Assembly (NCBI GenBank): GCA_041739995.1 | Contig: JBGSMV010000015.1 | Coordinates: 64,001 to 128,000, forward strand | Reading direction: 5' to 3' | DNA length: 64,000 nucleotides | From: Bdellovibrionota bacterium | GTDB lineage: Bacteria > Bdellovibrionota_C > UBA2361 > JBGSMV01 | Part shown: in pieces, positions 9,012-19,481 of the stretch | Layout of the letters: each line of letters starts with the position of its first letter | Numbering within the stretch: position 1 is the first letter of the stretch | Program-made: the position numbers and the translations under genes | The notes under the pieces: model-generated | Databases searched by the model: none | What the model was told of the DNA's origin: nothing | The model's input: the letters and a program-made list of their open reading frames with translations, nothing else

Positions 9012-9070
9012 GTAAGAAATTTAAGATCTCCTTACTTTATTGATAAGTAAGATATTTTTAAAATACTTAC
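9012..9070. promoter_or_regulatory. Twin inverted-repeat operators GTAAG-N14-CTTAC upstream of the TA remnant
   Basis: GTAAG-aaatttaagatctc-CTTAC (9012-9035) and GTAAG-atatttttaaaata-CTTAC (9047-9070). Confidence 0.65.
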
Positions 9071-9561
9071 ACTCCAAGCAGGTAAGCTCGTGAATTCAAG
9101 GCGTTGCGGTTGATGATGCGCTTGAGATTGGAGGAAAGGAAAAGGGGGGCGAGAATGTGATAAACCACACCGACAAACCCTCTTAACCATATGTGCCCGT
9201 AGAGACCAGTGAAAATGGTGCACCACATCGCTCACAACCTAAGACCGCAGGGTCACTTCCTTTCATGGCTTGACTCGGCCCAAGTGAGCTCTACGGGAAC
9301 GCCCTTATCTCCTCCGGGGCACAAAAACCACCCCCACTAACAGGCTGGTGAAAAGTACCCTCCTTGGCACTTTTTCACCCGCTCCAAGCTTCTTTCGCGC
9401 GACGAGCGGCGCGAAATCCGCATCGCTTCGCGTACTTACGCTTTGCTCCAGTCCGCGCTCGGACATCCTGTCCTGCCTAGCAGGGTCGTGAAATGAGTTT
9501 TCCACAACCCTGCTAAGTCTTCTATTGGGTTTTCGGTAGGCTTTGTTCTATTAACTACCTC

Positions 9562-11835
9562 ATGAGTCAACCTCCGGTAGATCAACCTGCCACTCCAGCG
9601 AAGGATACAACCTCATCAAACGGGACACCGTCAAACGGTGTCGCCTCTCATCCACCATCTCACACAGGGCCCGACCCTGCTGCACCCGACCCTGCTGCAC
9701 CCGGCCCTGCTGCACCCGGCTCGGTCAGCGTCGATCGTCTTGAGTCCGGCCTAGCGATACTCCGTCTCGGCGCCGAACAAGAACGCGTAGTCACCCTGAC
9801 GTTTGAGCGCATGAAATCTCTGCGCTCTGCAGTTGAAGCTCTAAAAGCTTCTCCGCCAAAAGGTCTCGTCATCACCGGCTCTGGACCGGATATGTTTACC
9901 GCAGGCGCTGATCTAAATCTTATTCAGAATGTGTCGAACCCAGCTGAGGCTGCGCAACTTGCGAAAGAGGGCCAAGACATTTTCTCCATCATTGAGTCGC
10001 TTCCCTGCGTCACCGTCGCTGCCATTAGCGGCCCATGTGTCGGCGGTGGCTGCGAACTTGCACTTGCCTGTAAGATTCGAATAATTACTGATCACCGCAG
10101 CAGTATAATTGGACTTCCAGAAATTAAACTCGGGATTCTCCCTGGATTCGGCGGCACACAACGACTCCCGCGTTTGGTCGGATTACCAAAGGCGCTCGAT
10201 ATTATTCTCGCCGGCAAAACGCTGCGACCAAAACAGGCACTCGCCTGCGGGTTAGTAAATGAGGTTACTACGGTCGAACGATTGCGTCAGCGCGCAGAAG
10301 AAGTCGCACTCGGCCATCGCCCTGCGCGTGCAATTCGCCTGCGCCTGATCGATCGCCTGCTTACCCATACTGGATTGGGTCGCTCTATAGTGAAAAAGAA
10401 AGCTTCCGCCGGTATCGCGCGCGAAACGCGTGGACACTATCCTGCACCACCTGCCGCTCTCAACGCTGTCTTGCTTGGCCTGGAACAAGGCCTAGCAGTA
10501 GGCTACCGCTTTGAGGCTCAAGAGCTTGGTCGCTTAATCGTCACGCCAGAAAGCAAATCACTTGTACGACTTTTCTTTCTTACTGAAACGGCAAAAGCCC
10601 TCGGCAAGCCCGCACGCAAAGATGTGGAGCATCTTCACGCCGTGGTGGTGGGTGCTGGGGTCATGGGGGCGGGAATCGCAGGGTCTTTGGCGCGCAATGA
10701 CTGCCACGTGATATTGAAAGACACTTCGGAAGAAGCGCTTTCACGCGGCATCTCTCAAATTCGTGGCACACTTTCTAAGGCTCGCCACCTCTCTGATACA
10801 GAGAGAAGCTTTGTCCTTAACCGTATTGAAACAGCGACTAAAGATCCAAGCAGCCTCGGCAATTCTCACTTCGTGATTGAAGCTATTTTTGAGAACTTAG
10901 AGGTCAAACAAAAGCTGCTTGGGAATCTGTCGAAGTTATTACCGCCCGATGCAATCATCGCATCTAACACCTCGTCGCTTTCCATCTCGCAGATAGCCTC
11001 GGTTATTGACCGCCCTGAGCGCGTGATCGGAATGCATTTTTTCAACCCCGTTGAGAAAATGCCCTTAGTCGAAATCGTCTGCGGAAAGGCGACTGGCACT
11101 CGCGCGATCGCCATCGTCGCCGCACTCGCGACTAAGCTCGGCAAGTTTCCAATTGTGGTCGATGATGTGCCTGGATTCTTAGTGAATCGAATTCTCTCAC
11201 CCTATATCGGCGAAGCTGGATTCCTTATCTCCGAGGGCTTTGGCTTTAAAGAGATTGACCAAGCCGCTGAGCGTTTCGGTATGCCGATGGGTCCCATACG
11301 CCTGCTTGATGAAGTTGGTCTTGATGTGGCGCAGCATGTCTCAGAAATAATGGTGGCCGGATACGGCGAGCGTATGAAAGCCCCGGAGCACGCCCGAAAG
11401 CTGCTTGCCATAGGGCGTCGAGGTAAGAAAACCGGTGCAGGTTTCTATGATTTCTCTGATAAGTCAGCGACGCCGTCCGACGTTGCTCGCGCAGCACTTG
11501 AGATAAATGCACCTGCCGCCTCGGGGCCTGAGAAACCAGATCTCGCTGAAAGAATGATTTTACGTTTGGTAAACGAAGCAGTGCGTTGCCTCGATGAAGC
11601 GGTTGCTGGTCAACCAGGACCGGAGGCAGCTGCACAGATAGACCTTGGCACCGTGATGGGCATTGGCTTTCCGCCATTTAGAGGCGGCATAATTAGTTAC
11701 GCGCAGTCCCTTGGGGCAAAGGCGATTCTCGAGCGCCTAGAGACTCTCTTTAGAAAGCATGGTTCCCGCTTCGAACCTTCAGAAGGCATTCGATCACGCG
11801 CCGCATCTGGAAAATCTTTCTTTGAGTCGATTTGA
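9562..11835 (+). CDS. fadJ: Fatty acid oxidation complex subunit alpha (enoyl-CoA hydratase/3-hydroxyacyl-CoA dehydrogenase)
   Basis: AGADL, GGGCELALAC, GLPEIKLGILPGFGGTQRLPRLVG, GAGVMGAGIA, ASNTSSL, GMHFFNPVEKMPLVE, GFPPFRGG. Confidence 0.95.
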   Translation: MSQPPVDQPATPAKDTTSSNGTPSNGVASHPPSHTGPDPAAPDPAAPGPAAPGSVSVDRLESGLAILRLGAEQERVVTLTFERMKSLRSAVEALKASPPKGLVITGSGPDMFTAGADLNLIQNVSNPAEAAQLAKEGQDIFSIIESLPCVTVAAISGPCVGGGCELALACKIRIITDHRSSIIGLPEIKLGILPGFGGTQRLPRLVGLPKALDIILAGKTLRPKQALACGLVNEVTTVERLRQRAEEVALGHRPARAIRLRLIDRLLTHTGLGRSIVKKKASAGIARETRGHYPAPPAALNAVLLGLEQGLAVGYRFEAQELGRLIVTPESKSLVRLFFLTETAKALGKPARKDVEHLHAVVVGAGVMGAGIAGSLARNDCHVILKDTSEEALSRGISQIRGTLSKARHLSDTERSFVLNRIETATKDPSSLGNSHFVIEAIFENLEVKQKLLGNLSKLLPPDAIIASNTSSLSISQIASVIDRPERVIGMHFFNPVEKMPLVEIVCGKATGTRAIAIVAALATKLGKFPIVVDDVPGFLVNRILSPYIGEAGFLISEGFGFKEIDQAAERFGMPMGPIRLLDEVGLDVAQHVSEIMVAGYGERMKAPEHARKLLAIGRRGKKTGAGFYDFSDKSATPSDVARAALEINAPAASGPEKPDLAERMILRLVNEAVRCLDEAVAGQPGPEAAAQIDLGTVMGIGFPPFRGGIISYAQSLGAKAILERLETLFRKHGSRFEPSEGIRSRAASGKSFFESI
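9670..9720. repeat. In-frame 15-bp tandem repeat (PDPAA/PGPAA) in the fadJ N-terminal extension
   Basis: CCCGACCCTGCTGCA x2, CCCGGCCCTGCTGCA, CCCGGC. Confidence 0.85.
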
Positions 11836-11988
11836 TTCGACGGTTGATGTTCCCCTCTTTCGTTCATAAAGCCCAAAAACATGCCGGGGGGCGGTAACCT
11901 CCCGGTATGTTACAAATGTTCACAGAATGTGATCACTCACGTTGGTCCTTGTGTGCCAGTGACGAAGAACGCGACAAACGAGCTTTTG

Positions 11989-12768
11989 TCACTCGCTAGG
12001 TACAACTTGCATCGAATCTCCGGAGCTCACGAGACGAAAGCCCGTCGCGGGAGCAACCCACACGACGTACTCGATCTCGATGTTCTGCGGAATCTGATCT
12101 CGGCCCCAAGGATGATCATCAAGCCGCGAGAACCCTCCGTCCTTTTCCCGAGTACCGCGAATCACCACCCTCCCCTGGCTCTCCTTGAATCCTGCGCGAG
12201 AAAACGCGGTCAGCATTCGATGATCCGAGTCCGGATGGGACTTGACGTGCCCGGCGACCGCCGTCGCACCGCGCTCAGCTGCGACGCTCAACGCACCGCG
12301 AAGCAGTGCTTGCCCAATACCCTTGCGTCGGATCTCTCGATCGACACACAGGGAACGAATGAAAGCCGGAACCGGAGTTCCGAGCTGTATGAGACAAGCA
12401 ACCGTCTTGGCAGCGTAGGTCGAGCTGATTGCCGCCCCGAGATGCAGCACGAGAAATCCGACCACCTTCCCATCGCCCTCGGTGGCATACAGCACCTGCA
12501 CCGATTCGGGCTCGGTGTCAGCACGATTGAGCGAATCACGCCTCGGCGGAAACACCAACCCGCTGCCGGTCAGATGCCAGAGCGAACGATGCGCGAGGTC
12601 AAGAATCTCGCGCTTGATGCGATCGGAATGCTTGATCTCGTCTGCCGTCGACGCCGCACTGATTGGCGTGAGCGCGTGAACGCTGATGGTCGAAGCATTG
12701 ACCGAGGCATCAGAGACCTTGACCTGACCACTTACCATTTCCATGACAAACCTCTCCTTGCTCTCCAA
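11989..12768 (-). CDS. GNAT-family N-acetyltransferase
   Basis: FIRSLCVDREIRRKGIGQALL acetyl-CoA motif A; FSRAGF. Confidence 0.8.
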   Translation of the reverse strand: MESKERFVMEMVSGQVKVSDASVNASTISVHALTPISAASTADEIKHSDRIKREILDLAHRSLWHLTGSGLVFPPRRDSLNRADTEPESVQVLYATEGDGKVVGFLVLHLGAAISSTYAAKTVACLIQLGTPVPAFIRSLCVDREIRRKGIGQALLRGALSVAAERGATAVAGHVKSHPDSDHRMLTAFSRAGFKESQGRVVIRGTREKDGGFSRLDDHPWGRDQIPQNIEIEYVVWVAPATGFRLVSSGDSMQVVPSE

Positions 12769-13061
12769 TATCGCTGGTGAGCGCTTGCGCCTGCCGTGAA
12801 AAAGAATCGCTCCAAGCGACGCTCTTTACCGACAGGTAGGTGAACCTTCTGCCCTTTAAGGCATGTTTTTGCGATTACGAACGAATTCGATCTACTCGGA
12901 TAAGGTGGTGGAAATGAGCACGCAAACGCGATCGACGCCTTTGTTGGTCAATCACATAACCGTAACCAATTCCTAACACAACTCTAACAGTTGTTAAACT
13001 GTTTTTGTCTTGTATATTTAGGTGGTTAGAAGACTTTGGGGCGAATGCAGACGCGTTTGTG

Positions 13062-13550
13062 CTACTTGGAAGACAGGTTATTGGTTCTGTATTCCTCAGC
13101 TACGCGCTCATTGAGCGCGAGCCAGAGAATTCGAAAATTCCCCAGAGCCGCCCAATACATCTCTTTGAATAATTGAGACTTCTGTTTACCAACAGAGTTG
13201 AGCACCACGGGCTGATTACCCTCAATGATCCAGTGGCTCGCAAACAGCACGCCATACGTCGCCACCACTTGGGCAAAAAGAGCCAGAATCAGCGCTTCAA
13301 GGCCTGAATTGCGCGCATACTGGAATCCAAACACGAGCGAAAAGGTGAAAACCCCTAAGAGCGTGCCTGCATAATGCCACATTCGAGTTTTCGGATTGCT
13401 GTGCTGTGATAGGTAGAGCGGCCAGAATTCTTTGAAGCTCTTCACGGTTGCAGGGTCAGCGCCCGCTGACGAAACCTGCGGTGGAGTCTGAACTTTTTCA
13501 TACTCACTTCCCCTACTGTTCCTCTCATTCTCGTCCATAGCACTCTCCAA
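13062..13550 (-). CDS. DUF962 (Mpo1-like) membrane protein
   Basis: SFKEFWPLYLSQHSNPKTRMWHYAGT and SHWIIEGNQP; likely start is ATG 13538. Confidence 0.8.
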   Translation of the reverse strand: MESAMDENERNSRGSEYEKVQTPPQVSSAGADPATVKSFKEFWPLYLSQHSNPKTRMWHYAGTLLGVFTFSLVFGFQYARNSGLEALILALFAQVVATYGVLFASHWIIEGNQPVVLNSVGKQKSQLFKEMYWAALGNFRILWLALNERVAEEYRTNNLSSK

Positions 13551-13758
13551 AACTCATAAACTCAAAGGAACTACCAGATCTAACGCATCCTAAAGCTACC
13601 ACATCCGACTAATTCGCCCAACGCACCCACTCGCAATCCGGCATACCTTTTGCAGAATAGGTCCATCAGGGTGTTAGTTGGTCGATCGACACTGGTTCCG
13701 GGAACCATGTAGGGAACTCGCGTAAAGTGATAGTACGGGCCGTAGAAAGGGAAGTAGC

Positions 13759-14991
13759 ATGCTACTCAATCACCTTCGGCCATTCTTTCAACAGTCGCCT
13801 TTCGACATGCTGTCGCCAAAGCGCCTGGTCAAAATCTTCGTTGCGACGCTGATTGCCCAAGCCGCTGTCTCGCTGATTGATTATTCTTACGCACACGCAC
13901 TCAACTCAAAGTCCATTCGCGTCACTCGCCGGATACAAGCTCGCCTAATAGTTACAGACCACGCGCTCTCAAACAAAAAGGATCTGGTCTGCCTTCGCCG
14001 CAAACGCGGCCGCACTCCGATTCCAGGCCATCTCAGGAAGAAAAGAAAGGCTTCTTTCTTTATTCCGTTACGTCGTTCACGAAGAAATATCTCCTCGTTC
14101 GAAATGCTTACCTCGGTATGTACTCTAGCTCCCGGCCCTGTCCCTGAATTTACCGCCTCGCCAAACCCAACTGCAGCGCCAACAAATAGCGCGACGCCGA
14201 CTAGCCGAGCCACGGAAACTCCGACTCTTTCTCCCACCGCGGGAGCCACCCATACGCCTACTCGCACCGCCACGGCTACACGAACTGCCACAGTTACCGC
14301 CACGCGAACGGCCACCCGTACCCCAACCCGCACAGCGACTTCTGGACCGCCAGGAACCTCGACTCCAACGCGGACGGCCACCGCCACACCTACCCGCACG
14401 GCAACTCATACGGCGACACGCACTCCTACTCGGACCGCGACTCCCACACCAACGCGCACTCCGACCATGACGTCAACGCCTACGCCCACAACGGTCGGAT
14501 GTGTTCCACCTGCTGGCTACTCTCCTATTCGTACCGAAAGTGAATTTCGAAATATGAGTAACAGAAATGGCAACTATTTCTTGTGTAACAACATCCACCT
14601 CTCCACTGCGCTTAGCCCGCTTTTCAATAACGAAAGTTTCCGAGGTACTCTTGATGGCGGCAACAGAACCTTAAGTGGCGTGTCGCTCATCGCTCCTTCG
14701 CTACCCTCATATGGACTAGTGCGAGTTCTTGAAGGTGGCGTCATCCGCAACCTGACTATCACGAATCCCCAAGTCCACGGCAAAGGTGCCGTGGGTGTAG
14801 TTGCAGGTCTTTCTGCAGGAACGATCCAAAACGTCACCATCGTTGGAGGACAAGTGACTGCTGACCGGCACCCTGCAGGAGTGTTCGTTGGCATTCAAAT
14901 TAATGGCTCTCTCCAGAATTGCAGTTCGAGCACCTTTGTAACTGCCCAGGGACAAACAGGAGATCAATCAATAGGAGTGAGTTTCCCATGA
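13759..14991 (+). CDS. Secreted protein: basic N-module, Pro/Thr-rich linker, GLUG/pectin-lyase-like C-domain
   Basis: Signal-like segment, TPTRTAT repeats, YFLCNNI...[14 protein letters not shown]...IRNLTI...VGVVAG. Confidence 0.8.
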   Translation: MLLNHLRPFFQQSPFDMLSPKRLVKIFVATLIAQAAVSLIDYSYAHALNSKSIRVTRRIQARLIVTDHALSNKKDLVCLRRKRGRTPIPGHLRKKRKASFFIPLRRSRRNISSFEMLTSVCTLAPGPVPEFTASPNPTAAPTNSATPTSRATETPTLSPTAGATHTPTRTATATRTATVTATRTATRTPTRTATSGPPGTSTPTRTATATPTRTATHTATRTPTRTATPTPTRTPTMTSTPTPTTVGCVPPAGYSPIRTESEFRNMSNRNGNYFLCNNIHLSTALSPLFNNESFRGTLDGGNRTLSGVSLIAPSLPSYGLVRVLEGGVIRNLTITNPQVHGKGAVGVVAGLSAGTIQNVTIVGGQVTADRHPAGVFVGIQINGSLQNCSSSTFVTAQGQTGDQSIGVSFP

Positions 14992-15791
14992 TGCGAAAGC
15001 TAATACTTTTCTCTCTTCTCTTCGGCATAACCGCACCCGTGGCATTGGCTGCACCCGATGCGGTCAGGGTCACGCGCAAGATCAGTGCGCTTCTGATTCA
15101 TACCGGTGAACGCCTGCCAAACAGAAAAGCTCTGGTGTGTTTGCAGCGCAACCCTAAGAAAGCACCTGCTCCTGGGTGGTTGAGAAAGGTCAAAAAGGTC
15201 CACGAATGGGTGCCTTTTAAAAAGACCAGAAAGAATCGAACAGCATTCAAGGCCATTAAGGCCAAGTGTATCTCCCACGCCCCGGCTCCTTCTGAGTGTA
15301 TTGCACCCCAAGGATTTGTCGGGATCTCTAGTGCAGAGACCTTCGCCCATCTCTCTGACCCGGAAGGAAAATACTTCCTATGTAACGACATTGAATTCCC
15401 ACAACCAATTGCTCCTTTAATGAACTCGCAAGCGTTCAAGGGAACTCTTGACGGAAATGGGAAGTCAATTCGTGGACTTCAAATCATTCGTCCGAACGAA
15501 CCCTCCATCGGACTGTTTCGTGTGCTGCAAGGCGCCACCATTAAGAACCTGCGCATCATCGCACCAAGCGTGCAGGGCAAGGGCGTAGTGGGAGTCCTCG
15601 CCGGAATATCAACGGCAACCATAGAACGAGTGGTGGTTGAAGGCGGCGGAGTCGTCTCCGAGCGTTATCCCGCTGGTTCTCTCGTCGGTGTGCAGCTAGG
15701 CGGAAACATCAACGCGTCAGAAGCCAGTGCAAGTGTCACGGCGCAGGGGCAACGCGCAGACATGATGCGAGGACTCTCGTTTCCTCCCTGA
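14988..15791 (+). CDS. Secreted paralog of the upstream gene lacking the PT linker
   Basis: ATGA overlap with the upstream stop; signal peptide [27 protein letters not shown]...[14 protein letters not shown]; ends SFPP. Confidence 0.8.
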   Translation: MMRKLILFSLLFGITAPVALAAPDAVRVTRKISALLIHTGERLPNRKALVCLQRNPKKAPAPGWLRKVKKVHEWVPFKKTRKNRTAFKAIKAKCISHAPAPSECIAPQGFVGISSAETFAHLSDPEGKYFLCNDIEFPQPIAPLMNSQAFKGTLDGNGKSIRGLQIIRPNEPSIGLFRVLQGATIKNLRIIAPSVQGKGVVGVLAGISTATIERVVVEGGGVVSERYPAGSLVGVQLGGNINASEASASVTAQGQRADMMRGLSFPP

Positions 15792-15824
15792 ACTCACCAG
15801 TGACTTTAGGTCCTCTCATAATAT

Positions 15825-15881
15825 TCAACCAAACGGTTGACACTGTGCCTCGCGCTGCTCTATATTCAACCATATGGTTGA
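15825..15881. promoter_or_regulatory. Two palindromic operators TCAACC-N4-GGTTGA (ArsR autoregulation)
   Basis: TCAACCaaacGGTTGA (15825-15840) and TCAACCatatGGTTGA (15866-15881, overlapping the ATG), both preceded by ATAT. Confidence 0.8.
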
Positions 15882-16266
15882 TAAAGATGCCCTTCAATTA
15901 GATAGAGTTTTTCATGCGCTGTCGGATGCGACCAGGCGCGCGATCCTTGAACAGCTTGCCCACGGTGAGCAAAGCGTCACAGAAGTAGCAGAGCCTCATG
16001 ATCAAACTCTGGCAGGAATTTCGAAGCACCTAAAGGTGCTCGAGGCAGCTTCTCTAATTGAGAAGACGCGTCTCGGCAGAGTGATTCAGTGTCGGGCTAC
16101 TCTTGAGCCACTTGGGTCCGCTTACGCAGCTTTAGAAGAACTGGGGGCTTTCTGGCGTAAGAAGCTAGAGGCGCTCGATCTATTTTTGAAGGAAGAAAAG
16201 GAGCATATAAATGACAAGCAAAGTACAACATCCAAAAGTCGTCGTAAAAAAATTCGTTCACGCTGA
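15874..16266 (+). CDS. ArsR/SmtB-family transcriptional regulator
   Basis: LDRVFHALSDATRRAILEQL..GEQSVTEVA...ISKHLKVLEAASLI. Confidence 0.92.
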   Translation: MVDKDALQLDRVFHALSDATRRAILEQLAHGEQSVTEVAEPHDQTLAGISKHLKVLEAASLIEKTRLGRVIQCRATLEPLGSAYAALEELGAFWRKKLEALDLFLKEEKEHINDKQSTTSKSRRKKIRSR

Positions 16267-16693
16267 CTGTGAGCGAGTATTTGACGCCTGGACAAAGCCC
16301 GAACTAATGCAGCAGTGGATGATTCCCGGAGACGGTACTGCAAAAACATCGAACGACTTTCGCGTTGGCGGTTCATACAGTCATGAGATGATAAAGCAAC
16401 AGGCCGCGTCAGACTGCGTGGGCGGAACCGCGTGCGCTGATGGAACATTTAGCTACATGCACGAAGGTATCTACGAAGAGATCAATCGCCCTCACCGGCT
16501 TGTCTTCACCTGGAACTCACCAGCCGTACAGAACACGCGAGTGACCGTTGAGCTAAAAGCCCAAGACGGTGGGACCGCTGTCACGGTCACCCACGAGTTG
16601 ATTGACTCCGACGAACAGCGACAGAGTCATACTAGCGGATGGGAAGGGTGCTTGGAAAACCTGGCTTTGTTTTCGAAAGCAGCGGGCAAGTAA
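16211..16693 (+). CDS. SRPBCC/AHSA1-domain protein
   Basis: ERVFDAWTKPELMQQW, DFRVGG, RLVFTW, TRVTVEL, HTSGWEGCL; classic partner of ArsR. Confidence 0.92.
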   Translation: MTSKVQHPKVVVKKFVHADCERVFDAWTKPELMQQWMIPGDGTAKTSNDFRVGGSYSHEMIKQQAASDCVGGTACADGTFSYMHEGIYEEINRPHRLVFTWNSPAVQNTRVTVELKAQDGGTAVTVTHELIDSDEQRQSHTSGWEGCLENLALFSKAAGK

Positions 16694-16741
16694 TATTTAC
16701 TCACGCGATCCGAAGGCGCGCGGTGTTCTGCGCCGTTTCGT

Positions 16742-16818
16742 TTTCACCACGGAGTTACACAGAGGATCTCAGAGGAAAGAGTTTTCCTCTGTGTAACTCC
16801 GTGTCCTCTGTGGTGAAA
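16742..16818. repeat. Imperfect 77-bp palindromic (REP/MITE-like) element built of CAC(A/G)GAG sub-repeats
   Basis: TTTCACCACGGAGTTACACAGAGGATCTCAGAGGAAA...TTTCCTCTGTGTAACTCCGTGTCCTCTGTGGTGAAA. Confidence 0.75.
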
Positions 16819-17123
16819 TAGAGCGGTGCTGAAATGTAATACTTCGCAGTTCACGACGATCACCCACTTCCGTTCTCGGTCGCTCACGTACTGCCTTTCA
16901 GCTTTTTGCCTAGGCCTCCATAGGCAATGCGAGGGGTGAACTCTCCATAAATTCCTGAGTCCTTGCGAGGCGTTTCTCAGTTGTAGAAACGGTCACCCTC
17001 TCTTTTCGACTGATTCGAACTGATGCGCTCCCTAAAGCGACCCTTTCCCAAGCAACCAAGTTCTTAAGCGGCAAAGGTTTTTTCATATGCTCATGCTTTA
17101 GTGCCGTTTCAACGACACTTCTA

Positions 17124-18488
17124 ATGGGGGTAGGGATTCAGGAAGCGTTTGAGGGAGAGTCCCCTATGCTATCTATGAGAGTCCCAGGAATTTATCTCAC
17201 CTGTACGGCGCTTCTGAGCTTGGCTCTCACCTGGGAACCCTGCACCGCCGAGGCCCAATTCAAACTTAAGCACCTAGGGAAGTCTGAAATATCTGTCCAT
17301 ATAGACGAACAGCTCTTCGCCTCATTTGCTAACGCAACGGACATAGAGATAACACTTAACGGCCCACCACGTGCCCACTTCATGCTTGCGGTCGGAAGCT
17401 CGAGCCAGCTCTTTGCAGAACGTCCCAGCTCTCGTCCACTTCCGGGCGTATCGTTGATAGAGGGCGAGTTTGATCGAAACGGCGAGGCCTCTCTCGAACT
17501 AGATCTGAGTGGCTTCAATGTCGCCCGAGTATACGTTCAAGCCGCCTTGGACAAGCGCGGATTGTGGCGCGATACTTCACTGACCCCCGTTCGCACTCTT
17601 GTCGATCTTGAAAGAGTCTTAAAATCAGGTGGGGTGATTCCGGCCGAACCAATAGTCGGCCCCACTGGGCCGAAGGGAGATACGGGCGAAATTGGGCTCC
17701 CGGGAGAACCTGGGATCGCCGGTCCCCAAGGTCCAATGGGAGAGACAGGTGCAATCGGTGCAACTGGGCCGGCTGGAGCTGTCGGACCGATGGGTCCACA
17801 AGGGCTTCAAGGATTGCGAGGTGATGCGGGTGCTGACGGAATCGCTGGCGCGACTGGTCCTCAAGGGGTGAAAGGCGACACTGGTGTTGCCGGTCCACAA
17901 GGGGAACGCGGAGCTGATGGTGCGGTCGGTGCAACCGGACCACAGGGCATCGCCGGACTACAAGGACTTCCAGGCATTGCCGGGCAAAAAGGCGACAAAG
18001 GCGATGTAGGACCGCAGGGTCCCGTAGGTCCTGCCGGCCCCGCTGGCTCAGGAGGCGGAGGTGCGGCAACATTCATCGGCTGGTCTGGCGGTTGCCCTCG
18101 AACCCTGTCAAGCGCAGGCTGGAATAGGTACTGCGCTGAAGGTACCGACTTCAACACAGCGCAGAGCCATCTCTCCGTTGCGCCTGACGGCACCATAACT
18201 GTACTGCAAGCTGGCTTCTATCAAGTGAGCATGGCTGCCTCAACGCAAGTCTCTTCTCTTGGATTTATAAGGCTCATGAGACAAGGCACTACCGTACAGA
18301 TTGGAAGTGCCACCGCAAACAATAACCTTGATGATCTTCGAGTCGACATCGCCTGGCCGTTCGCAGTCGGCGACAAGATCGTGATTGAGGTCTTCAACGC
18401 TGCCGCCAACATCAGTGGAACAGGCCCTTGGTCGCCTACGGATGCCTATAGCCGCATGCAGGTGACTTATCTTGGTCCCGCACAATAA
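17124..18488 (+). CDS. Collagen-like surface protein with C-terminal C1q/BclA-like beta domain
   Basis: About 43 uninterrupted Gly-X-Y triplets; signal-like segment (start likely ATG 17166); [14 protein letters not shown] and [11 protein letters not shown] are C1q-like. Confidence 0.88.
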   Translation: MGVGIQEAFEGESPMLSMRVPGIYLTCTALLSLALTWEPCTAEAQFKLKHLGKSEISVHIDEQLFASFANATDIEITLNGPPRAHFMLAVGSSSQLFAERPSSRPLPGVSLIEGEFDRNGEASLELDLSGFNVARVYVQAALDKRGLWRDTSLTPVRTLVDLERVLKSGGVIPAEPIVGPTGPKGDTGEIGLPGEPGIAGPQGPMGETGAIGATGPAGAVGPMGPQGLQGLRGDAGADGIAGATGPQGVKGDTGVAGPQGERGADGAVGATGPQGIAGLQGLPGIAGQKGDKGDVGPQGPVGPAGPAGSGGGGAATFIGWSGGCPRTLSSAGWNRYCAEGTDFNTAQSHLSVAPDGTITVLQAGFYQVSMAASTQVSSLGFIRLMRQGTTVQIGSATANNNLDDLRVDIAWPFAVGDKIVIEVFNAAANISGTGPWSPTDAYSRMQVTYLGPAQ

Positions 18489-18520
18489 GGCCAATAAACA
18501 TTGCGCTTACAAATGGACTC

Positions 18521-19297
18521 TCACTCCTCGTCGCGCGCAATGACTATGCCATACGAGAGGCTCGCCAAGTCAGTCATGTGGTCTGACATCATACGCTGAA
18601 ACATCATGGTCTGCTCCAAGATATGCGGTACCGCATTTTCAGGAACACCACCCTGAAAGGCTTGATCAGAGAGATGAAGTCGAAAACCCTGGAGCATCGA
18701 CTTGAGATCTTTGGCGTGAGTTTGCGCACGAACGGTTAAAGGATCGCATGCTGCTATGGAGAGCACCTTGGTGAGTGTCTGAATCACCTTAGAACACCCA
18801 TCAACAATTTCATCTGTGGTAACTGCCGGCATTGATCGGGATGAAAAGCCAAACCCAAGCGATGGTCGACCAGTATTCTTTTCCACAAATTCGTCGAGCA
18901 TACCGTAGAGAGCCCGACTCAGATCTCTAACCATCGACACAGGATGATCGCCAGGCAAAGCCTCCGGCCCCTTCCTTGATCCTGCCGAGGGCTGTGTGAG
19001 CTCAGAAAACACCTCTTCGCTACCAGATGCAGAATTTGTAGCTGTAAGCGGCTTCCTATGTCCCGCTGGACTGTGTGCGTGCCTACGTTCAGGTGGATGC
19101 GGGGGCAGCTTTCTTCTCGTCGTACCCGAGAGGTCTTGTATCGGTTCTGGCGTAGCCTCATGGTTTGGCTTTGCTGCGTTGGATTCACCGGCAACTTCGC
19201 TATCACTCGACATCAGAGCACCCGACATAACGGCACTCGACATGCCTGGAAATCGATGTCCACCGCTCGCTGGCTGCTCTCTAAAACTCTGCTGCAT
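18521..19297 (-). CDS. Hypothetical protein (disordered N-terminus, helical C-terminus)
   Basis: 258-aa ATG ORF with GAGG RBS. Confidence 0.6.
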   Translation of the reverse strand: MQQSFREQPASGGHRFPGMSSAVMSGALMSSDSEVAGESNAAKPNHEATPEPIQDLSGTTRRKLPPHPPERRHAHSPAGHRKPLTATNSASGSEEVFSELTQPSAGSRKGPEALPGDHPVSMVRDLSRALYGMLDEFVEKNTGRPSLGFGFSSRSMPAVTTDEIVDGCSKVIQTLTKVLSIAACDPLTVRAQTHAKDLKSMLQGFRLHLSDQAFQGGVPENAVPHILEQTMMFQRMMSDHMTDLASLSYGIVIARDEE

Positions 19298-19481
19298 AAC
19301 GTCACCCTCAATAAACCTTCATCCACTTAAATTCGCTCACTTTCGATGCAAGGTTTTTGCTAACGTCGTGCTCACACTTGAATTACCCCCCTTCCACACC
19401 CACAACTAAGGGAACCCCTTTGTTATTGCTCTCAGGCATGCCTTGAGGATACGCTCTGCTAGCTAAGTTATTGAGCCAGCT

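Noticed and set aside
11881..12780. 299-aa plus-strand ORF
   Set aside because: Antisense shadow of the GNAT gene, which has recognisable motifs.
13887..14399. Val/Ala/Arg-repeat minus-strand ORF
   Set aside because: Antisense reading of the Pro/Thr linker.
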